A stretch of 64,000 nucleotides of DNA from the NCBI GenBank assembly GCA_016207885.1, contig JACQZE010000027.1, positions 11,944-75,943 of the forward strand. The letters run 5' to 3'. Each line of letters begins with the position of its first letter. Position 1 is the first letter of the stretch. A model generated the notes under the pieces. It did no database searches. It was not told the DNA's origin and saw only the letters and a list, made by a program, of their open reading frames with translations. A program made the position numbers and the translations under genes. Positions 34,383-42,996 of the stretch are shown here, piece by piece. This DNA comes from Nitrospirota bacterium (GTDB lineage Bacteria > Nitrospirota > Thermodesulfovibrionia > UBA6902).

Positions 34383-35767
34383 TGAAGATAACGATTCTTG
34401 GCGCGGGCCCCGGCGGGTATGTAGCAGCATTAAGGGCGGCACAACTGGGAGCTGATGTAACGGTTATTGAAGACGGAGAGGTAGGCGGCACATGCCTTAA
34501 CTGGGGATGTATTCCTACAAAGACACTTATCGCGTCTGCCGAAGTTCTTCACAAGGCGAGAAACGCAAAGGATTACGGGCTGGATTTTGAAGGCTCCATA
34601 TCTCCCAATATAGCGAAGATAGTTGAGCGAAAGAACAAGGTGGTTGTCACACAGGTCAAGGGCATACGCGGGCTCTTCAAGTCGTGGGGGGTCAACCTGA
34701 TAGAAGGCAGGGGCATTATTGCCGGGCCGAAAAAAATAAAGGTCACGCTGAAGGACGGTTCTGTTTCAGATATTGATACTGACAAAATAATTATCGCCAC
34801 AGGTTCAAGGCCTGCGCAGATCCCGGTATTTCCTTTTGACGGGAAGCGGATACTCTCAAGCGACCACGCGATAAATCCGGATTCCATTCCCAAAAGCCTC
34901 CTCATTGTAGGGGCGGGCGTCATAGGGTGCGAGTTTGCATTTATATACAAGGAATTTGGTTCTGAAGTGACTATGGTCGAGATGATGCCTAATGCTGTTT
35001 CAACAGAGGATGAGGAGATTTCTCAGATACTTGAGAGAGAGCTTAAGAAGAACAAGATAAAGCTTCTGACCAATACTGGCGTTAATAAGGTTGACGTAAG
35101 AGATGACGGCATAACCGCAACACTCACCGATGGAAAGACGATTGAGGCAGAGAAGGTGCTCGTATCAATCGGAAGGGCTGTCAACAGTGCGAATATCGGG
35201 CTTGAGGGTTTAAGTATAGCGCAGGGTAAACGCGGAGAGATAATAGTTGACAGCAGCCTGCAGACCAATATTGAAGGCATCTACGCCATCGGTGATGTCA
35301 CAGGTGGGATAATGCTTGCGCACCTCGCATCAAAAGAAGGTATTGTCGCCGCTGAGAATGCCATGGGCGGCAGCAGTAAAGTTAACTATGACGTTATTCC
35401 TGCCGCGATATTTACAAGCCCGGAGATAGGATCAGTAGGCCTCAGGGAGAAGCAGGCTGTTGCAGCCGGGATCAAATACAAGGTAGGAAGGTTCCAGTTC
35501 AGGGCGCTCGGCAAGGCGCATGCGATGGGAGAGATCTCAGGCATGTTTAAGATGATAACTGAAGATGCGACAGACAGGATAATCGGCGCGCACATTATCG
35601 GCGCTCATGCTTCTGACCTGATACATGAGGTTGCTCTTGCAATGGAGAAGGGCCTGACCGCAAAAGATATTGCAGATACGATCCACGCCCATCCGACACT
35701 TGCCGAGGGTATTATGGAGTGTTCTGAGGATGTCCATGACAGGGCGATACATTCACCGAAGAAGTAG
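34382..35767 (+). CDS. lpdA: Dihydrolipoyl dehydrogenase (E3 / L-protein)
   Basis: GAGPGGY FAD-binding motif, redox-active disulfide GGTCLNWGCIPTK, NAD-binding VGAGVIGCEFA, and a C-terminal HAHPTLAEG dimerisation motif. The start overlaps the gcvH stop as TAATG. Confidence 0.9.
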   Translation: MKITILGAGPGGYVAALRAAQLGADVTVIEDGEVGGTCLNWGCIPTKTLIASAEVLHKARNAKDYGLDFEGSISPNIAKIVERKNKVVVTQVKGIRGLFKSWGVNLIEGRGIIAGPKKIKVTLKDGSVSDIDTDKIIIATGSRPAQIPVFPFDGKRILSSDHAINPDSIPKSLLIVGAGVIGCEFAFIYKEFGSEVTMVEMMPNAVSTEDEEISQILERELKKNKIKLLTNTGVNKVDVRDDGITATLTDGKTIEAEKVLVSIGRAVNSANIGLEGLSIAQGKRGEIIVDSSLQTNIEGIYAIGDVTGGIMLAHLASKEGIVAAENAMGGSSKVNYDVIPAAIFTSPEIGSVGLREKQAVAAGIKYKVGRFQFRALGKAHAMGEISGMFKMITEDATDRIIGAHIIGAHASDLIHEVALAMEKGLTAKDIADTIHAHPTLAEGIMECSEDVHDRAIHSPKK

Positions 35768-35896
35768 ACAGGCTTTAAGTTTTAGCGGATAAAATACATC
35801 ATGTCTTGCCGGTTAACATATTGAAATTATTGCTATTAATCCAGGTTATGGTCAGGCTTTCTGCCTGGCCATATAATTTTTATCAGGTAAATATAA

Positions 35897-36724
35897 ATGA
35901 AGACCAATGAAGTAAAAATAGGAAATGTATCTATAGGAAAAGATAATCCACTTGCCTTTATCGCAGGCCCTTGCGTGATCGAGTCTGAAGCATCAACTCT
36001 TAAGGCTGCCGTCAGGCTTGCTGAAATCTCTCAGCGGCTGAATATACCGATCATTTTTAAGAGTTCATATGACAAGGCGAACAGAACATCTGTCACTTCT
36101 TTTAGGGGGCCTGGTATTGATGCCGGGCTAACTATTTTAGATAAGGCGAGAAAAGAGACAGGGCTTTCTATTATCTCTGATGTCCATTCAGTTGAAGAGG
36201 CAAAGAAGGCTGCTGAAGTGCTGGACTGCCTTCAGATACCCGCATTTTTATGCAGGCAGACCGACCTTATAATTGAAGCCTCTAAGACCGGCAAGCCTGT
36301 CAATGTAAAGAAGGGACAATTCCTTGCGCCGGGTGACGTAAAGAATATTATTAATAAAATGATTTCAACCGGAAATGAAAATATTCTGATCACAGAGCGC
36401 GGAGTTTCATTCGGCTACAATAATCTTGTTGTTGACATGCGCTCTATCCCGATAATTCAGGGCTTTGGTTATCCTGTGGTTTATGATGCCACTCACAGCG
36501 TGCAGCTTCCCGGCGGAATGGGGAGTTCATCAGGAGGCGAGAGGCAGTTCATATCGCCGCTTACGAGAGCCGCTGTTGCCGCAGGGTGTGATGCAGTATT
36601 CTTAGAGGTGCATGAATGCCCGGAAAAAGCTCTCTGTGACGGCCCCAATATGGTAGCGCTGGATTCGCTGCCGGAATTACTGCGGAAGCTGGTTCAGATA
36701 AATGAACTTATAAGGAAGATATAA
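35897..36724 (+). CDS. kdsA: 3-deoxy-8-phosphooctulonate (KDO-8-P) synthase
   Basis: 275 aa; the segment …FIAGPCVIESEASTLKAAVRLAEISQRLNIPIIFKSSYDKANRTS… and the overall length match KdsA. Confidence 0.85.
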   Translation: MKTNEVKIGNVSIGKDNPLAFIAGPCVIESEASTLKAAVRLAEISQRLNIPIIFKSSYDKANRTSVTSFRGPGIDAGLTILDKARKETGLSIISDVHSVEEAKKAAEVLDCLQIPAFLCRQTDLIIEASKTGKPVNVKKGQFLAPGDVKNIINKMISTGNENILITERGVSFGYNNLVVDMRSIPIIQGFGYPVVYDATHSVQLPGGMGSSSGGERQFISPLTRAAVAAGCDAVFLEVHECPEKALCDGPNMVALDSLPELLRKLVQINELIRKI

Positions 36725-36732
36725 AAGAAGTT

Positions 36733-37701
36733 ATGGACAAGTATATTGAACAGGCAAAAAAGGTTTTAAGGATCGAGGCGGATGCTATAGAGTCTCTGAT
36801 CGAAAGGGTCAATGAGACGATCATAGAGGCTATTGATATTCTGTATCAATGCAAAGGGAAGGTTGTGGTCACCGGGATGGGAAAGTCCGGGCTTATCGGC
36901 AAGAAGATAGCCGCGACACTTTCATCAACAGGAACCTCAGCATTCTATCTTAATCCTGCGGAAGGAAGCCACGGCGATATCGGCATGGTGACAAAAGATG
37001 ATGTTGTCATTGCAATATCGAACAGCGGCGAAACTGACGAGATAATTAATATCCTTCCGGTGCTTAAGAGGCTTGATGTAAAGATAATCGCCATGACAGG
37101 GAACCTTTCATCTTCACTTGCCAAAAAGTCTGATGTCGTGCTTGATATATCAGTTAAGGAAGAGGCATGTCCTATGGGGCTTGCTCCGACCGCCTCGACC
37201 ACAGCAACGCTTGCGATGGGCGATGTCCTTGCCGTAACATTATTAAGCAAAAAGGGCTTTACCGAAGAGGATTTCGCTTTCTGCCATCCCGGAGGCAATA
37301 TAGGCAGGAGGCTGCTTACAAATGTCGAAGACCTGATGCACAAAGGAAGCGATGTGCCTGTTGTCGGAGTTGATACAGACATGAAGGTTGCCATACTTGA
37401 GATATCATCCAAGCGGCTCGGCATAACAACGGTAGCTGACGCGGAAGGAATGTTCAAAGGCGTGATCTCTGACGGAGACCTCAGGAGAGGCCTTGAAAAA
37501 TGGGGCGAGGGCTTTATCAATCTTAAGGCAGGTGATGTCATGTCAGCAAATCCCAAGACTATAATGCGCGACGCTCTTGCGACAAAGGCTGTTTCCATAA
37601 TGGAAAAGAACTCAATCACCTCTCTTGTCGTTCTTGATCAGTCAGGGAAGGCCGAGGGCATAATTCATCTGCATGACCTGCTTAAGGCAGGGATAGTATG
37701 A
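36733..37701 (+). CDS. kdsD: Arabinose-5-phosphate isomerase (SIS plus tandem CBS domains)
   Basis: SIS-domain motifs (VVVTGMGKSGLIGKKIAATLSSTG; AISNSGETDEI) followed by two CBS domains, matching the KpsF/GutQ family. Confidence 0.85.
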   Translation: MDKYIEQAKKVLRIEADAIESLIERVNETIIEAIDILYQCKGKVVVTGMGKSGLIGKKIAATLSSTGTSAFYLNPAEGSHGDIGMVTKDDVVIAISNSGETDEIINILPVLKRLDVKIIAMTGNLSSSLAKKSDVVLDISVKEEACPMGLAPTASTTATLAMGDVLAVTLLSKKGFTEEDFAFCHPGGNIGRRLLTNVEDLMHKGSDVPVVGVDTDMKVAILEISSKRLGITTVADAEGMFKGVISDGDLRRGLEKWGEGFINLKAGDVMSANPKTIMRDALATKAVSIMEKNSITSLVVLDQSGKAEGIIHLHDLLKAGIV

Positions 37702-38264
37702 AAAAAAGCATTCAGCATTCAGCATTCAGCATTCAGAAGAAAAAGAATATAAAAGCACAAGCAAAAAAGATAAGGCTTCTTATACTGGATGTTGACGGCG
37801 TTATGACTGACGGCAGCATAATGCTTGATAATAACGGGAACGAATACAAGAGATTTCACGTCAGGGACGGCCATGGGATAAAGATGCTCGAGAAGGCCGG
37901 CATAAAGACAGCCATCATTACAGGAAGAAGGTCAAAGGTTGTGGACAGAAGGGCGCAAGAGCTCGGCATCACTGATGTTCATCAGGGTGTGTTTAAGAAG
38001 TCAGAGGTCTATGAAGGGCTTCTCAGTAAATACAGGCTCAAAGATGAGAATGTCGCATTTATGGGTGATGATACAGTTGATATCGAACTTTTTAAAAGGG
38101 CAGGCATGACCGCAGCCCCGGCAGATGCTGAGGATGAGGTACGAAAGATTGCCGGCTTCATATCAGGCAGAAACGGCGGAAGAGGGGCTGTAAGAGAATT
38201 TATCAACTTAATATTGAAGTCTTCCGGCCTCTGGGAAAATGTCTCAGGCGAGTCCATTGATTAA
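37698..38264 (+). CDS. kdsC: KDO-8-phosphate phosphatase (HAD superfamily, subfamily IIIA)
   Basis: LLILDVDGVMTDG…FHVRDGHGIKML…AFMGDDTVD motifs. The start overlaps the kdsD stop as ATGA. The N-terminal extension contains a heptanucleotide tandem repeat. Confidence 0.8.
   Translation: MKKSIQHSAFSIQKKKNIKAQAKKIRLLILDVDGVMTDGSIMLDNNGNEYKRFHVRDGHGIKMLEKAGIKTAIITGRRSKVVDRRAQELGITDVHQGVFKKSEVYEGLLSKYRLKDENVAFMGDDTVDIELFKRAGMTAAPADAEDEVRKIAGFISGRNGGRGAVREFINLILKSSGLWENVSGESID
37708..37735 (+). repeat. Heptanucleotide tandem repeat (GCATTCA x4) inside the 5' end of kdsC
   Basis: gcattca gcattca gcattca gcattca at 37708-37735 encodes SIQHSAFSIQ. The unit length is not a multiple of 3. Confidence 0.8.
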
Positions 38265-38805
38265 CATACCCACTCTCATCACATTAAGCAGAATCTTCGT
38301 GATCCCGCTCTTTGTCTTTATTGCGGCCAAAGACCCTTTTACCGGAGCCCTGATATTTTCACTTGCAGCTATTACGGATTTTTTCGACGGATATATTGCA
38401 CGAAGGTCAAAACAGGTAACCAAGCTCGGGATACTGCTTGACCCGATAGCGGATAAACTTCTTGTTATATCAGCGCTCATCGTTCTTGTGGACATGGCGC
38501 TTGTGCCCGCATGGATAGCCATAGTCATCGTTGCCAGGGAATTTCTCGTGACCGGGCTGAGGGTGGTTGCATTGACAAAAGACCTGGTGATACCTGCCGA
38601 GACCGGAGGAAAGATAAAGGTCGGCGCACAGATCGCTTCGATCATAATACTTCTGCTTGACAGGTCGTTGATCAGCTATGATTTTTTCGGGCCGATCGAG
38701 TTTCTCGTTGAATACAGCGTCGGTATCACGCTCCTTTGGGCAGCAATGATAATAGGCCTGGTCTCCGGAGTACAATATTTTCAGGCATTCTGGAAGAAGC
38801 TGTAA
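38239..38805 (+). CDS. pgsA: CDP-diacylglycerol--glycerol-3-phosphate 3-phosphatidyltransferase
   Basis: CDP-alcohol phosphatidyltransferase motif (AAITDFFDGYIARR…LGILLDPIADKLLV) in a 188-aa membrane protein. Confidence 0.8.
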   Translation: MSQASPLINIPTLITLSRIFVIPLFVFIAAKDPFTGALIFSLAAITDFFDGYIARRSKQVTKLGILLDPIADKLLVISALIVLVDMALVPAWIAIVIVAREFLVTGLRVVALTKDLVIPAETGGKIKVGAQIASIIILLLDRSLISYDFFGPIEFLVEYSVGITLLWAAMIIGLVSGVQYFQAFWKKL

Positions 38806-39425
38806 TGGATCCCGGAAGTTATCTTTACCTTCTTATACCGTTCTCTTACATTATCGGCTCCATTCCTTTCGGCGTTATCATAAGCAGGGCAAAAGGCATA
38901 GATATAAGGAGTACGGGCAGCGGCAATATAGGCGCGACCAATGTCCTGCGAGGCGTTGGAAAACTACCCGCGTTTCTTACGCTTGTATGTGACATTCTTA
39001 AGGGAGCAGCGCCTTTATTTTTGTTATATCTCATACTTGGCGAACGGGGTTCTTCTTCATTTGATCTATGGGGCGGGATGGCGGCTCTGGCAGTTGTGCT
39101 CGGGCATCTCTTTCCGGCCTTTCTTTCCTTTAAGGGTGGAAAGGGCGTTGCAACAGGGCTCGGGGTTATGCTTTTTTACAGTCCGGCGACCCTGGCAGTT
39201 ATGGTCATTATATGGCTGGTGACAGCTGCTTTTAGCAGATACTCATCTCTTTCTGCCATAAATGCATATATTGCCATGCCGATCATACTTGCGCTGTCTG
39301 GCGCTTCATATGTAAAGATCGCAATTGGTTTAATACTTGCTGTGATGATCGTCTTAAAACATGCTTCAAATATAAAGAGGCTTTGCAGCGGCACAGAAAC
39401 TAAAATAGGCGGCAGTAAGGGATGA
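38805..39425 (+). CDS. plsY: Glycerol-3-phosphate acyltransferase PlsY
   Basis: The ORF is open from 38736, but the PlsY-like sequence begins at the ATG at 38805, which overlaps the pgsA stop as TAATG ([28 protein letters not shown]…[12 protein letters not shown]). Confidence 0.8.
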   Translation: MDPGSYLYLLIPFSYIIGSIPFGVIISRAKGIDIRSTGSGNIGATNVLRGVGKLPAFLTLVCDILKGAAPLFLLYLILGERGSSSFDLWGGMAALAVVLGHLFPAFLSFKGGKGVATGLGVMLFYSPATLAVMVIIWLVTAAFSRYSSLSAINAYIAMPIILALSGASYVKIAIGLILAVMIVLKHASNIKRLCSGTETKIGGSKG

Positions 39426-40174
39426 GAGGGACAGGTAAAGGGAAACGGGCTGTAGTTCTTTTGAGCGGCGGCATTGATTCTACGACAACATTGTATATTG
39501 CAAAGGCCCTTGGGTTTGACCTTTATGCCATGACATTTGATTACGGCCAGCGGCACAGCATAGAACTTCGTATGGCCCGTTTATCCGCCGAGAAGCTGGA
39601 AGTCAAAAAACATCTTGTCCTTGATATCGACCTTAGGCAGATAGGCGGGTCAGCCCTTACGTCTGAAATGGAAGTGCCGAAGAGAGTTCAGGGTGAAGTC
39701 TTTAAAGAAGATTCGGGATCAAATTGCAAATTCCCAACTCCTGATTCCTCAAATATCCCTGTTACTTATGTTCCCGCAAGAAATACGATATTTTTATCAT
39801 TAGCGCTTGCCTGGGCCGAAGTTACAGGTTCCGCAGATATTTTTATAGGCGCCAATGCAATTGATTATAGCGGATATCCTGACTGCAGGCCGGAGTTTCT
39901 CCATGCTTTTGAGAAGATGGCAAACCTTGCTACCAAGGCTTCAGTTGAGGGAAATATGAAATTTAAAATTCATGCTCCGCTTATAGATATGACTAAAGCT
40001 GGGATCATAAGAAAAGGCGCTGAACTTGGCGTGGATCATTCTCTTGCATGGAGCTGTTATGACCCTGAAATAAAGAACGGTAAATATTTGCCGTGTTTGA
40101 GATGCGACAGCTGTGTCCTGAGAATTAAGGGTTTTAAAGATGCTGGAATAAGTGATCCTTTATCAGATGCCTGA
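39422..40174 (+). CDS. queC: 7-cyano-7-deazaguanine synthase
   Basis: [14 protein letters not shown]-loop motif and a C-terminal zinc-binding CxxC…CxxC pattern ([10 protein letters not shown]). Confidence 0.85.
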   Translation: MRGTGKGKRAVVLLSGGIDSTTTLYIAKALGFDLYAMTFDYGQRHSIELRMARLSAEKLEVKKHLVLDIDLRQIGGSALTSEMEVPKRVQGEVFKEDSGSNCKFPTPDSSNIPVTYVPARNTIFLSLALAWAEVTGSADIFIGANAIDYSGYPDCRPEFLHAFEKMANLATKASVEGNMKFKIHAPLIDMTKAGIIRKGAELGVDHSLAWSCYDPEIKNGKYLPCLRCDSCVLRIKGFKDAGISDPLSDA

Positions 40175-40179
40175 AGATC

Positions 40180-40473
40180 TTAAAAATCGCTGTTGAACTT
40201 GTAGCCGAATCCCGCTCTGCAGATCCCGTTGATATGTTCCGTCCATTGGGCAAGCCCGAATTTCGGAATATCGTCGTGACTTTCTGCTTTGATCGTGATT
40301 ACCTGGCCCTTTTCAAGAGGGTAATGGGTGACCAGGCTGAAGCCGAGATCTGAGATATCTACTATCTTTCCCCTTGAAAGGATCTTTGTGCTTTGCCTGA
40401 ACTGTATCTCAGTGACCTTGAACTCAATATCAATGTCGGTTGTTCTTCTGAATGACTTCCGTCTTTCTTTCAT
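40180..40473 (-). CDS. PilZ domain protein (c-di-GMP-binding)
   Basis: 97 aa with RRKSFRR (RxxxR) and DISDLG (DxSxxG) PilZ signatures. Confidence 0.7.
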   Translation of the reverse strand: MKERRKSFRRTTDIDIEFKVTEIQFRQSTKILSRGKIVDISDLGFSLVTHYPLEKGQVITIKAESHDDIPKFGLAQWTEHINGICRAGFGYKFNSDF

Positions 40474-40609
40474 TGTTTTAACCTTGCAGTGCTTCTAAGT
40501 AAATCTTATCAATTAGGATTAACTAAGTCAAGGAAGAGTTAATTATTCTCCTTTATCCTGAAGTAAGTTATATTTATATTTAGATTTAAATGAAGTAAAA
40601 TGAATAAGT

Positions 40610-41554
40610 ATGAAAGCGCTGGTCTATAATGAACATCTTGTTTTGAGAACGGACTACCCCCGGCCTGCAAGCGATGAAGCGCTGATCCGGGTCACTTACG
40701 CCGGCATCTGCAATACTGACATTGAGATCACTAAAGGTTATATGGGATTCAGCGGTGTGTTAGGCCATGAGTTTGCAGGGGTTGTCGAAGAGACAGATGA
40801 CAAAGAACTTATAAACAAAAGGGTGGTAGGCGAGATAAACCTTAACTGCGGACGATGTTCATATTGTTTGAACGGCATGCAGAGCCATTGCCCGAACCGC
40901 TCAGTGCTCGGCATACTCAACAGGGATGGTGTATTTGCCGGGTATGTAACATTACCGCTAAAGAACATACATGTTATCCCTGATAATGTGCCTGACGAAG
41001 AAGCGGTCTTTGTTGAGCCGCTTGCGGCAGCATTTGAAATAACCAGGCAGGTTAAGATCAGGCAGAGTGATAATGTATGTATTCTCGGTGACGGGAAGCT
41101 CGGGCTTCTTACGGCTCAGGTTATCTCTCTTTCAGGCTGCAACCTTACTGTTGTCGGAAAGCATGACAATAAACTTGCCATACTCGGCGGCATGGGGATA
41201 GAGACATTGATTTTGTCTGAATTTGATAAAAAGGGTTTTGATATAGTTATTGACGCCACCGGCTCTCCATCAGGCCTCAAGACAGCATTGGATATCGTCA
41301 GGCCAGGGGGTATGATTGTGTTGAAGACAACCACAGCTGAAGCATGCAGTTTAAATATTAACAGCATTGTGGTCAATGAGGTCACGCTTGTCGGGTCAAG
41401 GTGCGGGCCGTTTGATAAGGCGATCTGGGCGCTTGCTTCAAAAAAAATAAATGTCCTACCGCTCATCAGCAGGGTTTTTTCATTAGATGACGGCATTGAG
41501 GCTTTTGAGTATGCTTCAGGCAGGGATGCGCTAAAGGTGATACTTAAGATATGA
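40610..41554 (+). CDS. Zinc-dependent alcohol/threonine dehydrogenase family (MDR) oxidoreductase
   Basis: Catalytic Zn ligands (GHEFAGVVEE), a structural Zn cysteine cluster (CGRCSYCLNGMQSHC), and a Rossmann motif (ILGDGKLGLL). Confidence 0.8.
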   Translation: MKALVYNEHLVLRTDYPRPASDEALIRVTYAGICNTDIEITKGYMGFSGVLGHEFAGVVEETDDKELINKRVVGEINLNCGRCSYCLNGMQSHCPNRSVLGILNRDGVFAGYVTLPLKNIHVIPDNVPDEEAVFVEPLAAAFEITRQVKIRQSDNVCILGDGKLGLLTAQVISLSGCNLTVVGKHDNKLAILGGMGIETLILSEFDKKGFDIVIDATGSPSGLKTALDIVRPGGMIVLKTTTAEACSLNINSIVVNEVTLVGSRCGPFDKAIWALASKKINVLPLISRVFSLDDGIEAFEYASGRDALKVILKI

Positions 41555-42288
41555 ATGATAACGGCATAAATACAGCAGGTATTATCATTATCGGCAATGA
41601 GATACTCTCCGGCAAGGTGCAGGATGTAAATTCTTACTATCTTACCGCTGAACTCAGGGCCTTAGGCGTTGATGTCAGGCGCATATCAGTAATACCCGAT
41701 GAACTTGATGCCATAGGAAAGGAGGCAAGGGATTTCTCCGCTGCATTCGACTTTGTATTCACAACCGGCGGAGTCGGCCCCACGCATGACGATATCACAA
41801 TGGAAGGTATTGCGCAGGGTTTTGGTGTCAAGCTCGTGTGCAGCCCCTTGATCAGCAATATCTTATCATCGTTGTATGACTCCATGAACGATGCAGTGCT
41901 GAAGATGGCCTATATACCTGACGGCTCTGAGATCTTATTTAATGAGAAGATGAGGTTTCCCGTAGTTAATTTCAAGAACATATATATCTTTCCCGGGATC
42001 CCGGGCTATCTGAAAAACAAGTTTCCCCTTATCAAAGAGAGGTTCTCATCATCATCCATATACCTGAAAAAAATATTTTTAAAGACACGCGAGTCTGATG
42101 TCGCCGCAGTTTTGAGCGAATTCGATTCTCCGGTTAAGGGCATCAGCATAGGCTCTTACCCTATACTTGAACGCGATGATTTTAATCTTATTGTTACAGT
42201 CGAATCCAGGTCCATGGAATCACTGGAACGCACAATGAGAAAACTTATTGAAGGACTGCCTGCGATGAGCATTATAAGAATAGAATGA
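41551..42288 (+). CDS. CinA-like / MoCF-biosynthesis (MogA/MoaB-fold) domain protein
   Basis: AGIIIIGNEILSGKVQDVNSYYLTAELRALG…FVFTTGGVGPTHDDITMEGIA matches the molybdopterin-binding fold of the CinA N-terminal domain. Confidence 0.65.
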   Translation: MNDNGINTAGIIIIGNEILSGKVQDVNSYYLTAELRALGVDVRRISVIPDELDAIGKEARDFSAAFDFVFTTGGVGPTHDDITMEGIAQGFGVKLVCSPLISNILSSLYDSMNDAVLKMAYIPDGSEILFNEKMRFPVVNFKNIYIFPGIPGYLKNKFPLIKERFSSSSIYLKKIFLKTRESDVAAVLSEFDSPVKGISIGSYPILERDDFNLIVTVESRSMESLERTMRKLIEGLPAMSIIRIE

Positions 42289-42289
42289 T

Positions 42290-42904
42290 ATGGATGAGCT
42301 TTCAAAAGAATATGTGATCTCATTTTACTGCAACTCACTCCGGATGCACGGTGACACACCGGCAGCTGTAAAATGGACCGGCCCCGGCCAGCGCCTCCGT
42401 TTTGAATCCCTTCTCCATCTCAATGCTGATATATGCGGCAGAAAGATACTTGATTACGGGTGCGGCAAAGGAGACTTTTACCAATTTCTTAAGGAGAAGG
42501 GGATAGCTGTTGATTATGCCGGATTTGATATTAATGATGAGATGGTCTCTTTAGCCAGAAGAAAGTTTCCTCAATGCAGGTTCGAGGTTTTTGATATAGA
42601 GCGGGATTCACTGAATGAGGATTTTGATTATATTTTTCTGTGCGGTGTCTTTAACCTGAAGTTGGAAGGCATTTATGATACTGTAAAGAATGTGCTGTCA
42701 AAGCTTTTTAAACACTGCCGTCGCGCCCTGATCTTCAACGCGCTTTCTTCGCATGAACCGAGAAAGGACTTCGAGCTTCACTATATCTCGCCGGAGGATA
42801 TTTATGATTTTGCGGCAGTTAATATCTCGCCTCACGTCGCTCTCCGACATAATAAGGGCTTGTATGACTTTAACCTTTTTATCTATAAGCAGGATAAGCA
42901 TTAA
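42290..42904 (+). CDS. Class I SAM-dependent methyltransferase
   Basis: ILDYGCGKGDF motif I and a downstream acidic motif (YAGFDINDEM). Confidence 0.65.
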   Translation: MDELSKEYVISFYCNSLRMHGDTPAAVKWTGPGQRLRFESLLHLNADICGRKILDYGCGKGDFYQFLKEKGIAVDYAGFDINDEMVSLARRKFPQCRFEVFDIERDSLNEDFDYIFLCGVFNLKLEGIYDTVKNVLSKLFKHCRRALIFNALSSHEPRKDFELHYISPEDIYDFAAVNISPHVALRHNKGLYDFNLFIYKQDKH

Positions 42905-42996
42905 AGCGTAAGGCTGTTTTTTCTTGGTTTAAGCAATATGTATAATATATTTAACGGGTAATGTTCTGAATCCTTGCCTTAGCCTTCAATGACCAT

